A stretch of DNA of 63,646 bases, the filler included, from Craspedostauros australis (taxonomy: Eukaryota), in the NCBI GenBank assembly GCA_030167865.1. It is 8 parts of 8 records of this genome, joined end to end, with 100 filler letters (N's around TTAATTAATTAA, not from the genome) between each part and the next. Parts side by side here need not be neighbours in the genome. Positions count along the whole stretch, not along the records: positions 1 to 29,593 come from JALAGF010003899.1; positions 29,694 to 35,778 come from JALAGF010003905.1; positions 35,879 to 43,806 come from JALAGF010003906.1; 5 more parts are not named here. The stretch is one strand, 5' to 3'. Below, piece by piece: positions 27,401 to 38,652 of the stretch. The notes beneath the pieces were generated by a model. The model was given only the letters and a program-made list of their open reading frames with translations, was not told where the DNA came from and made no database searches. The translations under genes were made by a program, and so were the position numbers. Positions within the stretch are counted from its first letter, which is position 1. The number at the start of each line of letters is the position of its first letter.

Positions 27401-28866
27401 CTCCGACATCTGCTGTCGCAGGACAGCATCGCGTTCCTCGATGGTGGAATACTGCTTCACGCGACCTTGCTTGGCGTACATCGCATCCATCTGATGCTGC
27501 ACTTGCTCGATCTCACGCAACAAACCGTCCAGCTTGCTGCGCTCGTCGCGGAACCTTGGCAGCAGCTCCTCCTGATCGGCTTCCGCTTTTGCGATCTGAC
27601 CGTTCAGCTCCTTGAGCTGGGCCTTGGACTTGACCAGCTCCTCCGCCCCGACCTTGGCGCGCTCCCTGTACTCCTCCATGTCCCATTTGCACTGTTCACG
27701 ATGCTTCACTGCATCCTTCTTGTCCTGCTCCAGGCGCCCAAGCTGCAACCGATTGCGGCGGAGGTGCTGCGCCTGCGTCCGCAGCGTGCTCTCGGCATCC
27801 TGGATTTGGTCCTGCGTGCGGCGATGGTCCTCGTGCATAGCCTGGTACTGCCCGGCATGTTCCTCCCGCTGCGTCTCCAACTGCAGCAACGCGTGCCGGG
27901 CCTTGCGCAGCTCCTTCTCGTACAGGGTGTACTCCAGCGACTTGCGTTGGCGATCAAGCTGCTGGTAGGTCCGGAGTTCCTCCGTCTCTCCTTGAAGCTC
28001 CTGAAGGCGCTTGTCGATATCGGACAGGATCTCATCCATCTTCTCGATAGATTGCTCGTTCTCCTTCATCTTGATTTGCGATTCCTTCTTCTTCTCGTCG
28101 TACACCGTGGTTCCCGCCACCTGCTGGAGGAGATTGAGTCGTTCCGCATCGGTCATCGTGCAGAGGTCCTGGATCTTACCTTGCTCCACCATGAAGTAGG
28201 GGTTGGACTTGGAGAAGCCGGCTCCCTCCAGCAGGCTGGCGATCTCTTGCTTCGTGGCGCGCTTGCGTTGCAGGAAGAATTCATCCTTCTTGCTTCCGAT
28301 GGTGCGTCGCAGCACGACTTCATCGGAATGCTCCAACGCAAATCGGTTGTCGGAGTTGTCAAAGACGATCTCCACGAAGGCGTTGACGGCTGCCGATCCG
28401 GTTCCTTCGTGCAGCAGCGCTCTGCGTTCTCTCTGTGATTGTCCGTCCAAGGCATCAAAATGTGGCAGAGTAGTGCAATGTACGGGTGTTGTATGGTGTA
28501 TGGTGCATGTGTTAGAGGCGTGCGGGAGTGTACAGCGAGTGGAACCACAGATGCGGGCGTTTTATATCCCGTTCCATCTTCGTGGCACCATCGCGGTCCA
28601 ATCCATGCAATGCAGCAAAAGCAACGAAGGAACGAAGCACTATGCTTTCTCTAGAGACAGAGAGAGGGATAGAGAGAGGGACTTACAGCACCCAAGGTGT
28701 AGAATCGCGGACTGAGCAAAACGAACTGGACTGCGGCGAAGAGGTTCGATTTGCCATGGCCATTGGATCCGATCACGATGTTGGTCGTTGGAGAGAAAGG
28801 TTCCTGCAGCTCCAGTTGTCGCTTGAACGACCGGAAGTTCGATATCGTGATCTGCTTGATGTGCAT
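24491..28866 (-). CDS. SMC3: Cohesin subunit SMC3; exons 28866-28687, 28432-25781, 25507-24491
   Basis: MHIKQITISNFRSF, Walker A GSNGHGKSN, LLHEG, AGFSKSNPYF, hinge GRVTFLPLN and GALTGGY, signature [36 protein letters not shown]. GT-AG introns in phase. Confidence 0.97.
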
Positions 28867-29593
28867 GGTTGTTCCTGGTGATAGTGATGATGATGATGGT
28901 GATGGCACCAGAGATGGCGATCGATTTATAATATTTCCTCCTTGGTGTTGTGTTGGTGTTGCTTCTTGGTGTTGCTTCTTGGTTGGCTTGGTATTTGTGT
29001 TGTTGTTGGGCTGTTGTGGTCGTTCCTGTTGTTTTTGGCGGATCCCAAAAAGTTGTTGATCCACGCAACATGGAACGAAGTTCGCTGAAATTGGCGCGAA
29101 GACATCTGCAGTAGTCAAGCTGATCGAGAACAAACTCGATTTATTCACACTGGTCGTAGACGCCTACACCCGATAATGCGCTCACAGCAGTGTGCAACAG
29201 CATGATACTGCATCGAGACTAACCAACTCTGTTGCTCTGTGGGATGAGGAAAGGATGATAGCTCGATCATTTTGCAATAGCGAGTCTAATCCAACGCTCC
29301 TATGACGGCACGCTGTATCATCGAAGTATTCGATCGACATATCGAAGTACCCATTTCAACATCGTTTCTGGCACATGTCTGCATGTCCTTTGGGTAGGCT
29401 CAAGAGAACGAACCCTCCAAAAGGTGGAGAAGACGAGACTTCGTGAGATGGAAATCACAGCAGCCATGGCAAAGTCAGCAACCAGTTCGGCGAGATACGA
29501 CTACCAGTCAGAAGCACCGATAGTATGGCCAGAGGTGATGGAAGGGGCCCTCTTGCGAGTGCCAGTACATCATCATCTGCAGTTCTGCGCCCG

Positions 29594-29693
29594 NNNNNNN
29601 NNNNNNNNNNNNNNNNNNNNNNNNNNNNNNNNNNNNNTTAATTAATTAANNNNNNNNNNNNNNNNNNNNNNNNNNNNNNNNNNNNNNNNNNNN
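29594..29693. other. Artificial contig linker (N44-TTAATTAATTAA-N44); the same linker occurs at 35779-35878, 43807-43906, 47292-47391, 51644-51743, 60242-60341, 62173-62272
   Basis: Identical 100-bp N runs with a central six-frame stop linker. Confidence 0.97.
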
Positions 29694-30380
29694 TTTGCCT
29701 TGTGGATCGGATCGTCCTTCCTTTACTATGGTGGTATCCTGTTGGTCGCCATGGAATTCTCGAACGCTCGCGAGACCCTTCAAAGCGGCAATGCGTCTGC
29801 CCTTGATGGCAGCGCTGACGATTCATATGGCTTTGACTACAACGCCATCTTCATCAGCGGATCCGCTGAAGTCTTCGGGGTATTCGCTGCCATGTCCACC
29901 ATCGACAAATTGGGAAGGGTGGCAACCCAGTCCTCAGCTTTCATCCTGGGCAGCATTGCGTGCGTGCTGTTGGCCGTCATGAGCGAATCCATGTCGAAGG
30001 CTGGGATGGTGACGCTGGCCTTCCTCGTGAGATTCTTCATGCTGGCCGGGAACTGCTCGACCTGGGTGTTCACACCGGAGCTGCTACCGACGGATATCCG
30101 AGCGACAGGGACTAGCGCCGCCAATGCCGCTGGTCGCGTGGGTGCATCCGTCGTTCCGTACTTCGTCACGCCGGGTATGGCGCCATCCAGCATCGGCATG
30201 GTCATGATGGGCATGAGCGTGTTCACATGCTTCGTGTGTGCACTGCTGCCGGAGACTAGTGGCAGAGCATTGGGCGAAGCCACGCATGGAGATGATCGCA
30301 TGGTGAAGGATGGCAGAAGCAAGGCTGGTGGGAAGTCGAACGACGTGACCAAAGGAAGCGGCAGCAAAGGTGATCTGTGA
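29694..30380 (+). CDS. MFS transporter (SV2/SVOP-like), C-terminal half, 5'-partial at gap
   Basis: YYGGIL, AEVFG, IDKLGR, FTPELLPTDIRATG...ANAAGRVG, LLPETSGRAL are sugar-porter/SVOP motifs. Confidence 0.85.
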   Translation, partial: FALWIGSSFLYYGGILLVAMEFSNARETLQSGNASALDGSADDSYGFDYNAIFISGSAEVFGVFAAMSTIDKLGRVATQSSAFILGSIACVLLAVMSESMSKAGMVTLAFLVRFFMLAGNCSTWVFTPELLPTDIRATGTSAANAAGRVGASVVPYFVTPGMAPSSIGMVMMGMSVFTCFVCALLPETSGRALGEATHGDDRMVKDGRSKAGGKSNDVTKGSGSKGDL

Positions 30381-30731
30381 ACTTGGATCAGAATCCTTAT
30401 TCTTATCGTTATGGTTATCAATATGCATAGTGGATGCCCCGAGGTGGTTCACAATTGTGGCAAATTAGCTCGTGTGATAGTTGGGAGCAGAGAGCATGGT
30501 CTTCTTCATGCTCGAATCTATAGTACTCTGATCGAACACGATGTGGCGCTATGCAACACCCATCGGTCATGGGCGTAGAAGAGTCTCATCTCTCTGTTCG
30601 TTGACAGCAGATTAGAGCAGAGTAGAGTGATAGGTCTTGAAGCACCAACATCTGTGTTGAACTACTTGTATGAAGGTCGTGCGTCTAGTGTCTCGTGGCT
30701 TGAGTGGAGGCCAATTTTTTTGGTAATAATA

Positions 30732-31250
30732 GAGCCCAAACGTAATGGCTGTTGTCTTGTTGGCTATTGTTTAGCTGTAGGGCAGAGGCTTGATTGACAA
30801 GCGGTCCGAACGAGAGTCTTCTGTTCCACAAGTAGTTGATTGAGAATACTGGTAGATGGTGAAGAAATGTGCAGATTATGAGATTAGTGCTAACGTTCTT
30901 CCCTGCGGGGAGGATCTCCTGTGGTGTCCTGAGTGACAGTGTGTATGGGTCGTGTAGCCCATGTACTGTGGGTTGAGATCCCTTGGCTGTGTTCTGTGAG
31001 AGACAAGGTGCAATGATGTGCGTTGCTGGGGCACTGTTTCCCTGTGTCGGCGTTTTGGCGATGGTGGGTGTCAGTGGCTTGGTTATTGGAACCCTACTGG
31101 TTCCTTGACACAGGTTCCAAAGATCTGCTTCAATGTTCTGGATCTGTCCCTAAACGTGGGGGTCGGCGAAGTATTCATTTGATCTACTGGAGTGCTGACA
31201 GGTCGGGTGATTCGTAGTCTCTCTCTCTAAGGTGGGTACTAGTTTAGCTC
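30732..31250. mobile_element. ~520-bp MITE-like repeat, copy 1
   Basis: Aligns end to end with 33611-34128. Termini GAGCCCAAAC...GTTTAGCTC are short imperfect inverted repeats, flanked by TA on both sides. Confidence 0.7.
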
Positions 31251-31676
31251 TATTATCAACAACATCATGAACTAGAGTACTCTACGCTGTCCAACAGACT
31301 TCGTGGCTAAAATATTATTTTCGAGTCTGTCGCAGTGATACGCCGGCCATTTCATTGATCCAATCATCGTGCCAGGCACCAAAACGACCTGGTTAGTGAA
31401 CTTTGGCCTAAAAAACGACCTGGTTAGTGAATTTGCTCGATTAGTAACCGTCAGGAACGTACGTGCGAACCCTGAAGCGAAATATTTTTTTGCTCGCGGC
31501 CCGTTGAATTGTGTCATGGCATCGCCTTCGTTTCGCCCTGAGGAACAGTGCTCTCCAGACAACGCACTCAACGCACAACGCCCTCCTCGGACCACTGCAT
31601 TCGCCACACAGCAACCAGGATCATCATTAACATCAACCACAAGAAGAACCACAGCAACGACTCAAGAAGCAGCATC

Positions 31677-33155
31677 ATGTTATCGTCAACCATGCCAAGG
31701 CCTCCAAACACATGGCTACCGTCGATCCGTGGCGCAAACACGAGGCGTAAGCTCGTTTGTGCCATCGGCGTTACGATCACATTGACGATTATGAGGTGGT
31801 CTCCGCAGACATTGGGAGCTTTCACACCGTCAACCATTGGTGGCTCCAGAGATGCCGTCGTCGACACTTCAACACAAGAAGTTTCCAGCCACCCTCCTGG
31901 ATGGAATAGCAACATCACGGACTTCCCATCCTTCATGCTGCAATGGCCAACTGATACATTCAAGCCAGACCAATGCGATATCATGAACGCTTCAATGCCG
32001 TACATCTTCACCATCACCAACTATTCTAAATCGTACGATCCGGAGGATGCCTTCATTTCTTTTCACGGCAACATCACTGAAGCATGGAAGCAAGGTGGTG
32101 TTTCAATGAAGGAAGTCAATCACACGAATTCGACGAACATTGGTATCGGTCAAGTCAAAACAGCCGCGTGTGGGATAGGCAACACTGCCTGGCTTGCCCA
32201 CTTCCCACATCTGATGCAAAACTTGTACCCATGTTGGTCGTTGTGGCAACACTTCCCCGACGCTGAACACGTCTTTTTTCTTGGCGACACGATGGACAAA
32301 AACATGATTAATGGGTCTGTGTTAGGCGCTACAACTCTCAAACTGTTTGAAGCAGAGAACATTTCGTTCATCACCATGCCAAAGAAGCCCTACATCGAAG
32401 AATTCAAAGATCGCCCCAACGAGCTGCTCTTTGTCGGGGGGAAGATCGTGAGTAGTCACTGGGATGTTGTGGAGGCAGGTGGTTACCGAGCTCCCCACAA
32501 AGATGACATGTCAGATTTCAGGACGCATGTCTTGAATCTATTTGGGTTGGACCGTTACGTCAATCAAGTTTGTGGAATGACTTCCCAGTCTGATGCGCAT
32601 GAGGCATCCCCAAAATTGCTGAGAACCAACGGCAAAGCAGACACAGGCGATGGCTCAAACGCCCCAACACGCCGCCCACCACGCATCGTCATCGCCAATC
32701 GTTTCAAAACCCGGAAATTGCTCGGAGCGCACAACATCTCCGTGCTCCTGCAGGAGGAGCTCAATCTTCCGTACACACCTCCCATTTTCTTCATCGAGCA
32801 CCTGCCAGCCGAACAGCAACTGGAGTTATTCTCCAACATCGACATCTTGCTGACACCGCATGGAGCGATGCTGACAAATATACCATTCATGCCTCGTTGC
32901 AGTTCAGTGATCGAAGTGATCCCGCGCGCCTATCCTCTTGGAAGATACTTTGGAACACTGGCTGCAATATCCGGTGTCAATCATTCCTATGTCTACCTTG
33001 GAGAGGATTTGGTTGCCGACACTGTAGGTTGGAGAACGCGGAAGTTGCAAGCCCGTGCGCGCTCATTTCCACTATGCGCGCCAGTGCATGCGCTCATAGA
33101 GGCAGTGAAGATCCAGGTCGATCAGTGGCACCAGTGCTGCGGATTTGCCGGTTAA
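31677..33155 (+). CDS. Glycosyltransferase family 61 (DUF563), type II membrane protein, intronless
   Basis: N-terminal TM segment, HFPHLMQ, RIVIANR...R, QQLELFSNIDILLTPHGAMLTNIPFMPRCSSVIEV. Confidence 0.85.
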   Translation: MLSSTMPRPPNTWLPSIRGANTRRKLVCAIGVTITLTIMRWSPQTLGAFTPSTIGGSRDAVVDTSTQEVSSHPPGWNSNITDFPSFMLQWPTDTFKPDQCDIMNASMPYIFTITNYSKSYDPEDAFISFHGNITEAWKQGGVSMKEVNHTNSTNIGIGQVKTAACGIGNTAWLAHFPHLMQNLYPCWSLWQHFPDAEHVFFLGDTMDKNMINGSVLGATTLKLFEAENISFITMPKKPYIEEFKDRPNELLFVGGKIVSSHWDVVEAGGYRAPHKDDMSDFRTHVLNLFGLDRYVNQVCGMTSQSDAHEASPKLLRTNGKADTGDGSNAPTRRPPRIVIANRFKTRKLLGAHNISVLLQEELNLPYTPPIFFIEHLPAEQQLELFSNIDILLTPHGAMLTNIPFMPRCSSVIEVIPRAYPLGRYFGTLAAISGVNHSYVYLGEDLVADTVGWRTRKLQARARSFPLCAPVHALIEAVKIQVDQWHQCCGFAG

Positions 33156-33610
33156 GCAGTTGTTGGAGTCCGTCTGTGGCAAGTATGGTAGATACGGCTA
33201 CTTTTTTCATATCAGTACTCTCTCTGTCTCTACTTGCAGAGAGTGTCACACATGATGGAGTACGAATATGTATCATCTGAGCCATCCAGCTTCACTTAAA
33301 CGCAGAGTGTGTACTCTCGTATTGCGTGGTATGGTGTTGTACTGTACAATTACTTTTACTCTACTCGCACGTACCCGTACAAACATGAGAAACTCCACAG
33401 GAGCTTCTCCTTCGGCAGGTTATCCCTTCATGACCTAGTGCCTCAAAGAGCCAGCTGTAACCAACGTTTTTGGTTACAGTTGGTTACAAGCAAAATGTCA
33501 TGTAGATCGTGGTACACGTTCTACGTAAGTCCCGAACAAAAAAAGGCCAAAGACAGCATCATTCATAGTCAAACTCTCCGGACTTAGCTCGTGTAAATAT
33601 TCCTGTATTA

Positions 33611-34128
33611 GAGCCCAAACGTAATGGTTGTTGTCTTGTTGGCTGTTGTTAGCTGTAGGGCAGAGGCTTGATTGGCAAGCGGTCCAAATGTGAGTCTTCA
33701 GGATCACAAGTAGTCAATTGAGAATACTAATGATGGGTGAAGAAACATGCGGATTATGAGATTAGTGCTATGGTTCTTCCCTGCGGGGAGGATCTCCTGT
33801 GGTGTCCTGAATGACAGTGTGTGTGGGTCATGTAGCCCAAGTACCATGGGTCGAGATCCGTTGGTTGAGTTCTGTGAGAGACAATGGGCGATGGTGCGTG
33901 TTGCTGGGGCTCTGTTTCCATGTGTCGGCGTTTTGGCGATGGTGGGTGTCAGAAACTTGGTTATCGGAACCCTACTGGGTCCTTGACACAGGTTCCAAAG
34001 ATCTGCTTCAATGTTCTGGATCTGTCCCCAAACGTGGGGGTCGGTGAAGTATTTGTTCGATCTACTGGAATGCTGACAGGTCGGATAATTCGTAGTCTCT
34101 CTCTCTAAGATGGCTACTAGTTTAGCTC
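33611..34128. mobile_element. ~520-bp MITE-like repeat, copy 2 (same orientation as copy 1)
   Basis: Same termini and TA flanks as 30732-31250; about 85-90% similar by eye. Confidence 0.7.
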
Positions 34129-34577
34129 TAATAGATTTCACCACGGATCTTTGCGCCATTTCCATCGTTCGCAGCGGTGATGCGCTGGTGGACACCGTCC
34201 GCTCCATCGATCCCAGTATTCCAGTTGGTAAGATCCTGATTCAGCGTGATGAGGACGATCCCGAAAAGAAGGCGAAGCTGTACTACTCGAAGATGCCACC
34301 CAGTATGGCACAGCGCTATGTGCTCCTGTGCGATCCCATGCTGGCCACGGGTGGTTCGGCCAAGCTGGCAATCCGCACGCTGGTCAACAAGTATCAGGTC
34401 AAGACATCTCAGATTGTGTTTGCCAACGTCATTTGTGCGCCCGAAGGACTTGAGGCTTTGGCGGAGGAGTTCCCAGACGTCAAGATCGTCACGGCGTGCG
34501 TCGATAGTCACCTGAATGAGGCCAAGTACATCGTTCCAGGGTTGGGTGACTACGGCGATCGGTTTTACAACACGTGA
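34110..34577 (+). CDS. UPRT: Uracil phosphoribosyltransferase, 5'-truncated (fragment or last exon)
   Basis: ISIVRSG, GKILIQRDE, LYYSKMP, VLLCDPMLATGGSA, YIVPGLGDYGDRFY. Homology starts at ~34131 and the usual N-terminal part is absent. Confidence 0.85.
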   Translation: MATSLALIDFTTDLCAISIVRSGDALVDTVRSIDPSIPVGKILIQRDEDDPEKKAKLYYSKMPPSMAQRYVLLCDPMLATGGSAKLAIRTLVNKYQVKTSQIVFANVICAPEGLEALAEEFPDVKIVTACVDSHLNEAKYIVPGLGDYGDRFYNT

Positions 34578-34800
34578 ATTCTTTTTGGACAGAGTAGATT
34601 GTGGAGTAGAGCATAGCGTACCTACTACGAGTATGCATGTACCAGTGCTCGAGAGATCTCTAGAGAGTGCAGTGAAAGTAGTTGTGGAACACCGTACAGA
34701 CGCTACTTGTGCAAGACTTGTAGAGCCATACCAGTAGAAAGGAGTACGGTTACAACCCTACGATATGATACTCCACAATAAAGTACTTGTACGCCCACGT

Positions 34801-35778
34801 CTACTCGCCCTGTATGTACGGACTGTCCGACGACGATGGACGGAAGACGGGCATCAACCCATCCTCGAATGCTATCAGCTCCTCGCTTTCCACACCGAAA
34901 TTCTCACCGATCACGATCCGCGCCTCCTTCGCGACGATCCGGCAGGATTCCACCAATCCAGCGGTCACCTCACCACTGGCACCACCGCCCTTCTCGATGG
35001 TGCGGATCTGCTTCACAGCGTTGCCAATGGCATCGACGAAGTCCGTGTGCGCAACCAGGATCGGGCCTGGGCCATCCAGCTCCAGCTCCTTCCCATCCGG
35101 GGTCGTGATCGTGTTGGGTTGCGGGCACAGGTAATGCTGCAGCTGGTTGGATCGGATGGGTGCCTGCTCTGTGCGCAAAAGCTTGTTGAGCAACGCAACA
35201 CCAGCTGGGATCGTCTTCTCCACCTCCTCCTGGCAGCGCGTGTAGATGTGCTTCAGGATCTGGAATCGATTGGCACCTGCATTCTGCAACGGATTGTCGC
35301 CGTCGTCACTATCACCACCGCCGGCCTCCTCCATGCTCTTGGAGGCATCCTGCAGGTTCATGTTGAGCACCTGGAAGAATGCCACGTCCAACTTGCCACC
35401 GCGTGCGTACTTCCCGATCAACGAATCCAGCTTGCGAATCTCGCCGGCACCCAGCAGATCCTGCAAGATATCGCGTGCTTCGTTGAGACGTTCATCCATG
35501 ATGACGTTGACGGCGCCGGCGATCGCGATGGACTCAGGACGGTCATCCAACGTGGAATCCTCGCCGAGCTGGCGCAGCTTCATGACCAAGGCTGGTTCGA
35601 AGGTCGGCAGTGCCTGCAGCACGCTGTCAGTCAGTGAGGTTCCATCTTCCTGCTGCGCCTTGTCGTGCAGCGCCTTGATCGTGTCCCACTCGCTGTCAGT
35701 CAGGAACGAGGCGGATGATGCTTCCTCGGTGGTGCTGCTCGTGGTATCCTCCGATGACCACAGTCTGGTCCGTTCTTG
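34801..35778 (-). CDS. Uncharacterised helical protein, 5'-partial at gap
   Basis: Frame open from the gap to TAG at 34801 with host-like codon usage. No confident family assignment. Confidence 0.65.
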   Translation of the reverse strand, partial: QERTRLWSSEDTTSSTTEEASSASFLTDSEWDTIKALHDKAQQEDGTSLTDSVLQALPTFEPALVMKLRQLGEDSTLDDRPESIAIAGAVNVIMDERLNEARDILQDLLGAGEIRKLDSLIGKYARGGKLDVAFFQVLNMNLQDASKSMEEAGGGDSDDGDNPLQNAGANRFQILKHIYTRCQEEVEKTIPAGVALLNKLLRTEQAPIRSNQLQHYLCPQPNTITTPDGKELELDGPGPILVAHTDFVDAIGNAVKQIRTIEKGGGASGEVTAGLVESCRIVAKEARIVIGENFGVESEELIAFEDGLMPVFRPSSSDSPYIQGE

Positions 35779-35878
35779 NNNNNNNNNNNNNNNNNNNNNN
35801 NNNNNNNNNNNNNNNNNNNNNNTTAATTAATTAANNNNNNNNNNNNNNNNNNNNNNNNNNNNNNNNNNNNNNNNNNNN

Positions 35879-38652
35879 AATGAACTAGATGACATCCTGA
35901 TAATGATGGATCGAGGATTCATAGATCTCAAGTTGGTGCAGAGGCTGCTCGAACTTGGCGCTGAGATCCAAGGCACGCACAAACGAACAGGGTACCTACC
36001 ATTTGGGTATGGTCCCCATGGAGCCATCAGCAACAAGCAAATTGACATCCATCAGTTCGGACCAAAACGACTTTGGATTGCCGTCACCACACAAATTGCT
36101 GGTCGTCCCTTCGAATGCGCCGCATATCGCGACAATGGGAAGGTGGTCCTTACTGTCTCCACACAGCCGCATGGATTTGCGTGGGATCTGACTCTCCGCC
36201 ACGCTTCGGATGAGAAGAAATACAACGCTCGTCTCAATTGCTCATTCGGTGCTGACCTACAAGACGACCGCTACCATCAATACTTCTCTCTCTTATACTC
36301 AAGCCCGCGGCGATCATCATCAGTGCGCGCTGCGTATGCTGCTGCAGATGCCATAGACCAAGGCATATTGTCTGGCATCCAACAAGACGATTCCAGCACA
36401 GACGAGTCTCCAGGTCCTCAATCTGCTTTGGACGATGGAAAGAAGGCCCTCCAGTCTGCGATGAAGAAATGGAAGGACCAACTGCATGCTCTGCGTGTGG
36501 ATGGATTGACTTGCTCGCAGGGAGACCCCCTTTGGTTCATGTTGCGCAAGTTTGCGCTGACAAGTTCATCCACATATGGCTTGCTCAAATGCGTCTTGGA
36601 CTGCACCGAGTGGTGCAAACCTCAAAATCAGACCATCTTCCGCCAAGAATCGTGGGCAGCTGTCGCCAGGTACCTTGGTATCAACCCTGAGGAAACTGTG
36701 CAGAAGTTGCGAGACGAACAGGCCTCTCAAAAGGCCTTGCTTGATGCAAAGAGAGACTACGAGCGGCTCACAAATGAGCAAGACAACTCATCGTCATTGG
36801 AGGCCAACATACGAGCCTCGGTTGCGCACTGGTCGGAGAATGACTGCTCAGCAGAAAGTCTGCACCTGTCTGCACTCGCGCAGCTCTTTTGCGCCGATGG
36901 AAACAAGCGTCCAGTCAAGACGTTGCGGAACAAGCTCAGCCTCATCCTGAGCACCCATGGGAAGGCAAGTCGCAAGTACTGCGCGATGACACCAAAAACA
37001 CTTCAAGGGCTGTGCAGGAAGCAGCTCTCGAAGGACATGGGCATCCGTGACAAGGCTGCAATGATTGCTGCTTTGGCCAGTGCAAACCAAGCCAGCCCAT
37101 CTCCGAATCTTACAACAAACAACTGCAGGACCAGCACCACATCACCCTGCAAGAAAGGAGACAGTGCTGCACAGGCAGCTGCGACCCAACAGTCAAGCGA
37201 TGCTGCAGCCGGCATCAACCACGACTCCGGCAGGTTTGCAAATGCACCTAGTACGTCCAGTCGCAGTGCCTCTCCTTCATCTGCATCGTCCGCTTCGGTG
37301 TCTGCCACATCGGCTCCTCTTCCATCCACATCTACAATACGCAGAATGAGGTCATCTGCTTCTAGATGGACGAAGCCATCTCAATCCACATCAAAGTCAA
37401 GGCGCACAAATTCCATCTGCCGCCATCGAGGAGAATCTTTGTCTGCTCACCACACTTCAACATCTACAACCTCATTCGCCGGCACTTCCGCTTCACCTGC
37501 AGCTAAATCTTCCACATCTTCAACTTCAGCATGCGACGCACACCCCACTGAAGTATTCGTAGCTGCAGCATCTGCGCCCAAGACTTTGGGCTCACCTGCA
37601 TCACAATCCACAGCGTCCACATCTAACAGGCTGGTCCCTCGTACATCAGGCACGCCAGCTTCCGCCACAACAGCATCCAGCGCATCTACCTCTGGTCCAT
37701 CCACTGCTACCACATCCACATCAAATGCATGTGCCTCCAGTAGATCAGAGACTCCAGGCACATTGGCATTCACTGACATGTGCCCGCCAGACGAAAACAC
37801 TGCTGCACATGATAACAGAGGTAGCTCAGAGGACAGCACTCCTTTGTCGCCAGCCAACAATGCGGATTCAGCTACAGCAGCCTCAAGAAACAGTACCTCC
37901 ATCCTCCAGCCTGATACACCAAGAGAACGCAACGTACAAGTCGCACCAAGTGGAGAAGGTGATGGCACCATATCGCCCCAGTTGCTGGAATTGCAGCAAC
38001 AGCTTGCAAAGATGGCTTTGCAGGCATGGTTCATGAAGCCCCAGCATGGCAAATCCAATGCCTACACACGTCTTGGACACGCAAATGAGGAACCACTGAT
38101 GAGAGCAGCCATGGACTGCGAACATGTGGGTGGAAGCAACTCAACCATCAAGGCTGCATTTCGCGCTGGCCTCGTCCAGAAACAGAGCAAAGCCTACGCA
38201 CGTGCTTCCGTCGATTTCCTGAGCATCGTGGGCGATCCAACCAACGACACACATGATGAGGTATTCATCGTGGAGATGAAGACGAGATCAACACAGACAA
38301 CCAAACTGAAAGAAGAGTCGCATCAGAAGCGTGCGGAGCATGAGCACAATTTCCCAACCAGCACCCATCTATATCTGAATGCACAAGACGAAAAGTATCG
38401 CTCACTCTTCCAGGCAGATGAAGAAATGATTCAGGTGCTTCACCATGCATATGTTTATGGTGTGAGAGGAGCTCTGATTGTGATTGGTAAGTGCGCCTAG
38501 TGGCAAATGCAACACAGGTTCTCCATGTCCTGATGGCTTCACTTGATTCCGTACCAACCACGTCTTTCTTCTCACACAACTTTGCATCTCTTTTCCATGA
38601 CCACCGACTCACATGATCGCCCGAATGGGTGGCAGGAGACAAGAAGGCAAAC
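35879..38652 (+). mobile_element. Copy 1 (partial) of the piggyBac-like transposase/lambda-exonuclease element: exon to 38486, intron 38487-38635, next exon 38636-38652 cut by a LINE
   Basis: Same translation as the other two copies. GTAAGT donor after ATT G, CTCAC branch point, GGCAG acceptor giving IVIG-DKKAN, then the LINE tail. Confidence 0.7.

Noticed and set aside
27356..28438. Long antisense ORFs (also 8499-9698, 19860-20747, 34765-35637, 58832-59740)
   Set aside because: Shadows of real genes on the opposite strand, expected from codon bias; no motifs.
29638..29649. TTAATTAATTAA repeated seven times, resembling piggyBac TTAA targets or a repeat array
   Set aside because: Always centred in identical N runs; it is an artificial six-frame stop linker.
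33704..34207. 167-aa minus-strand ORF in repeat copy 2 as a transposase
   Set aside because: No transposase motifs, partly antisense to UPRT, and not listed as open in copy 1.
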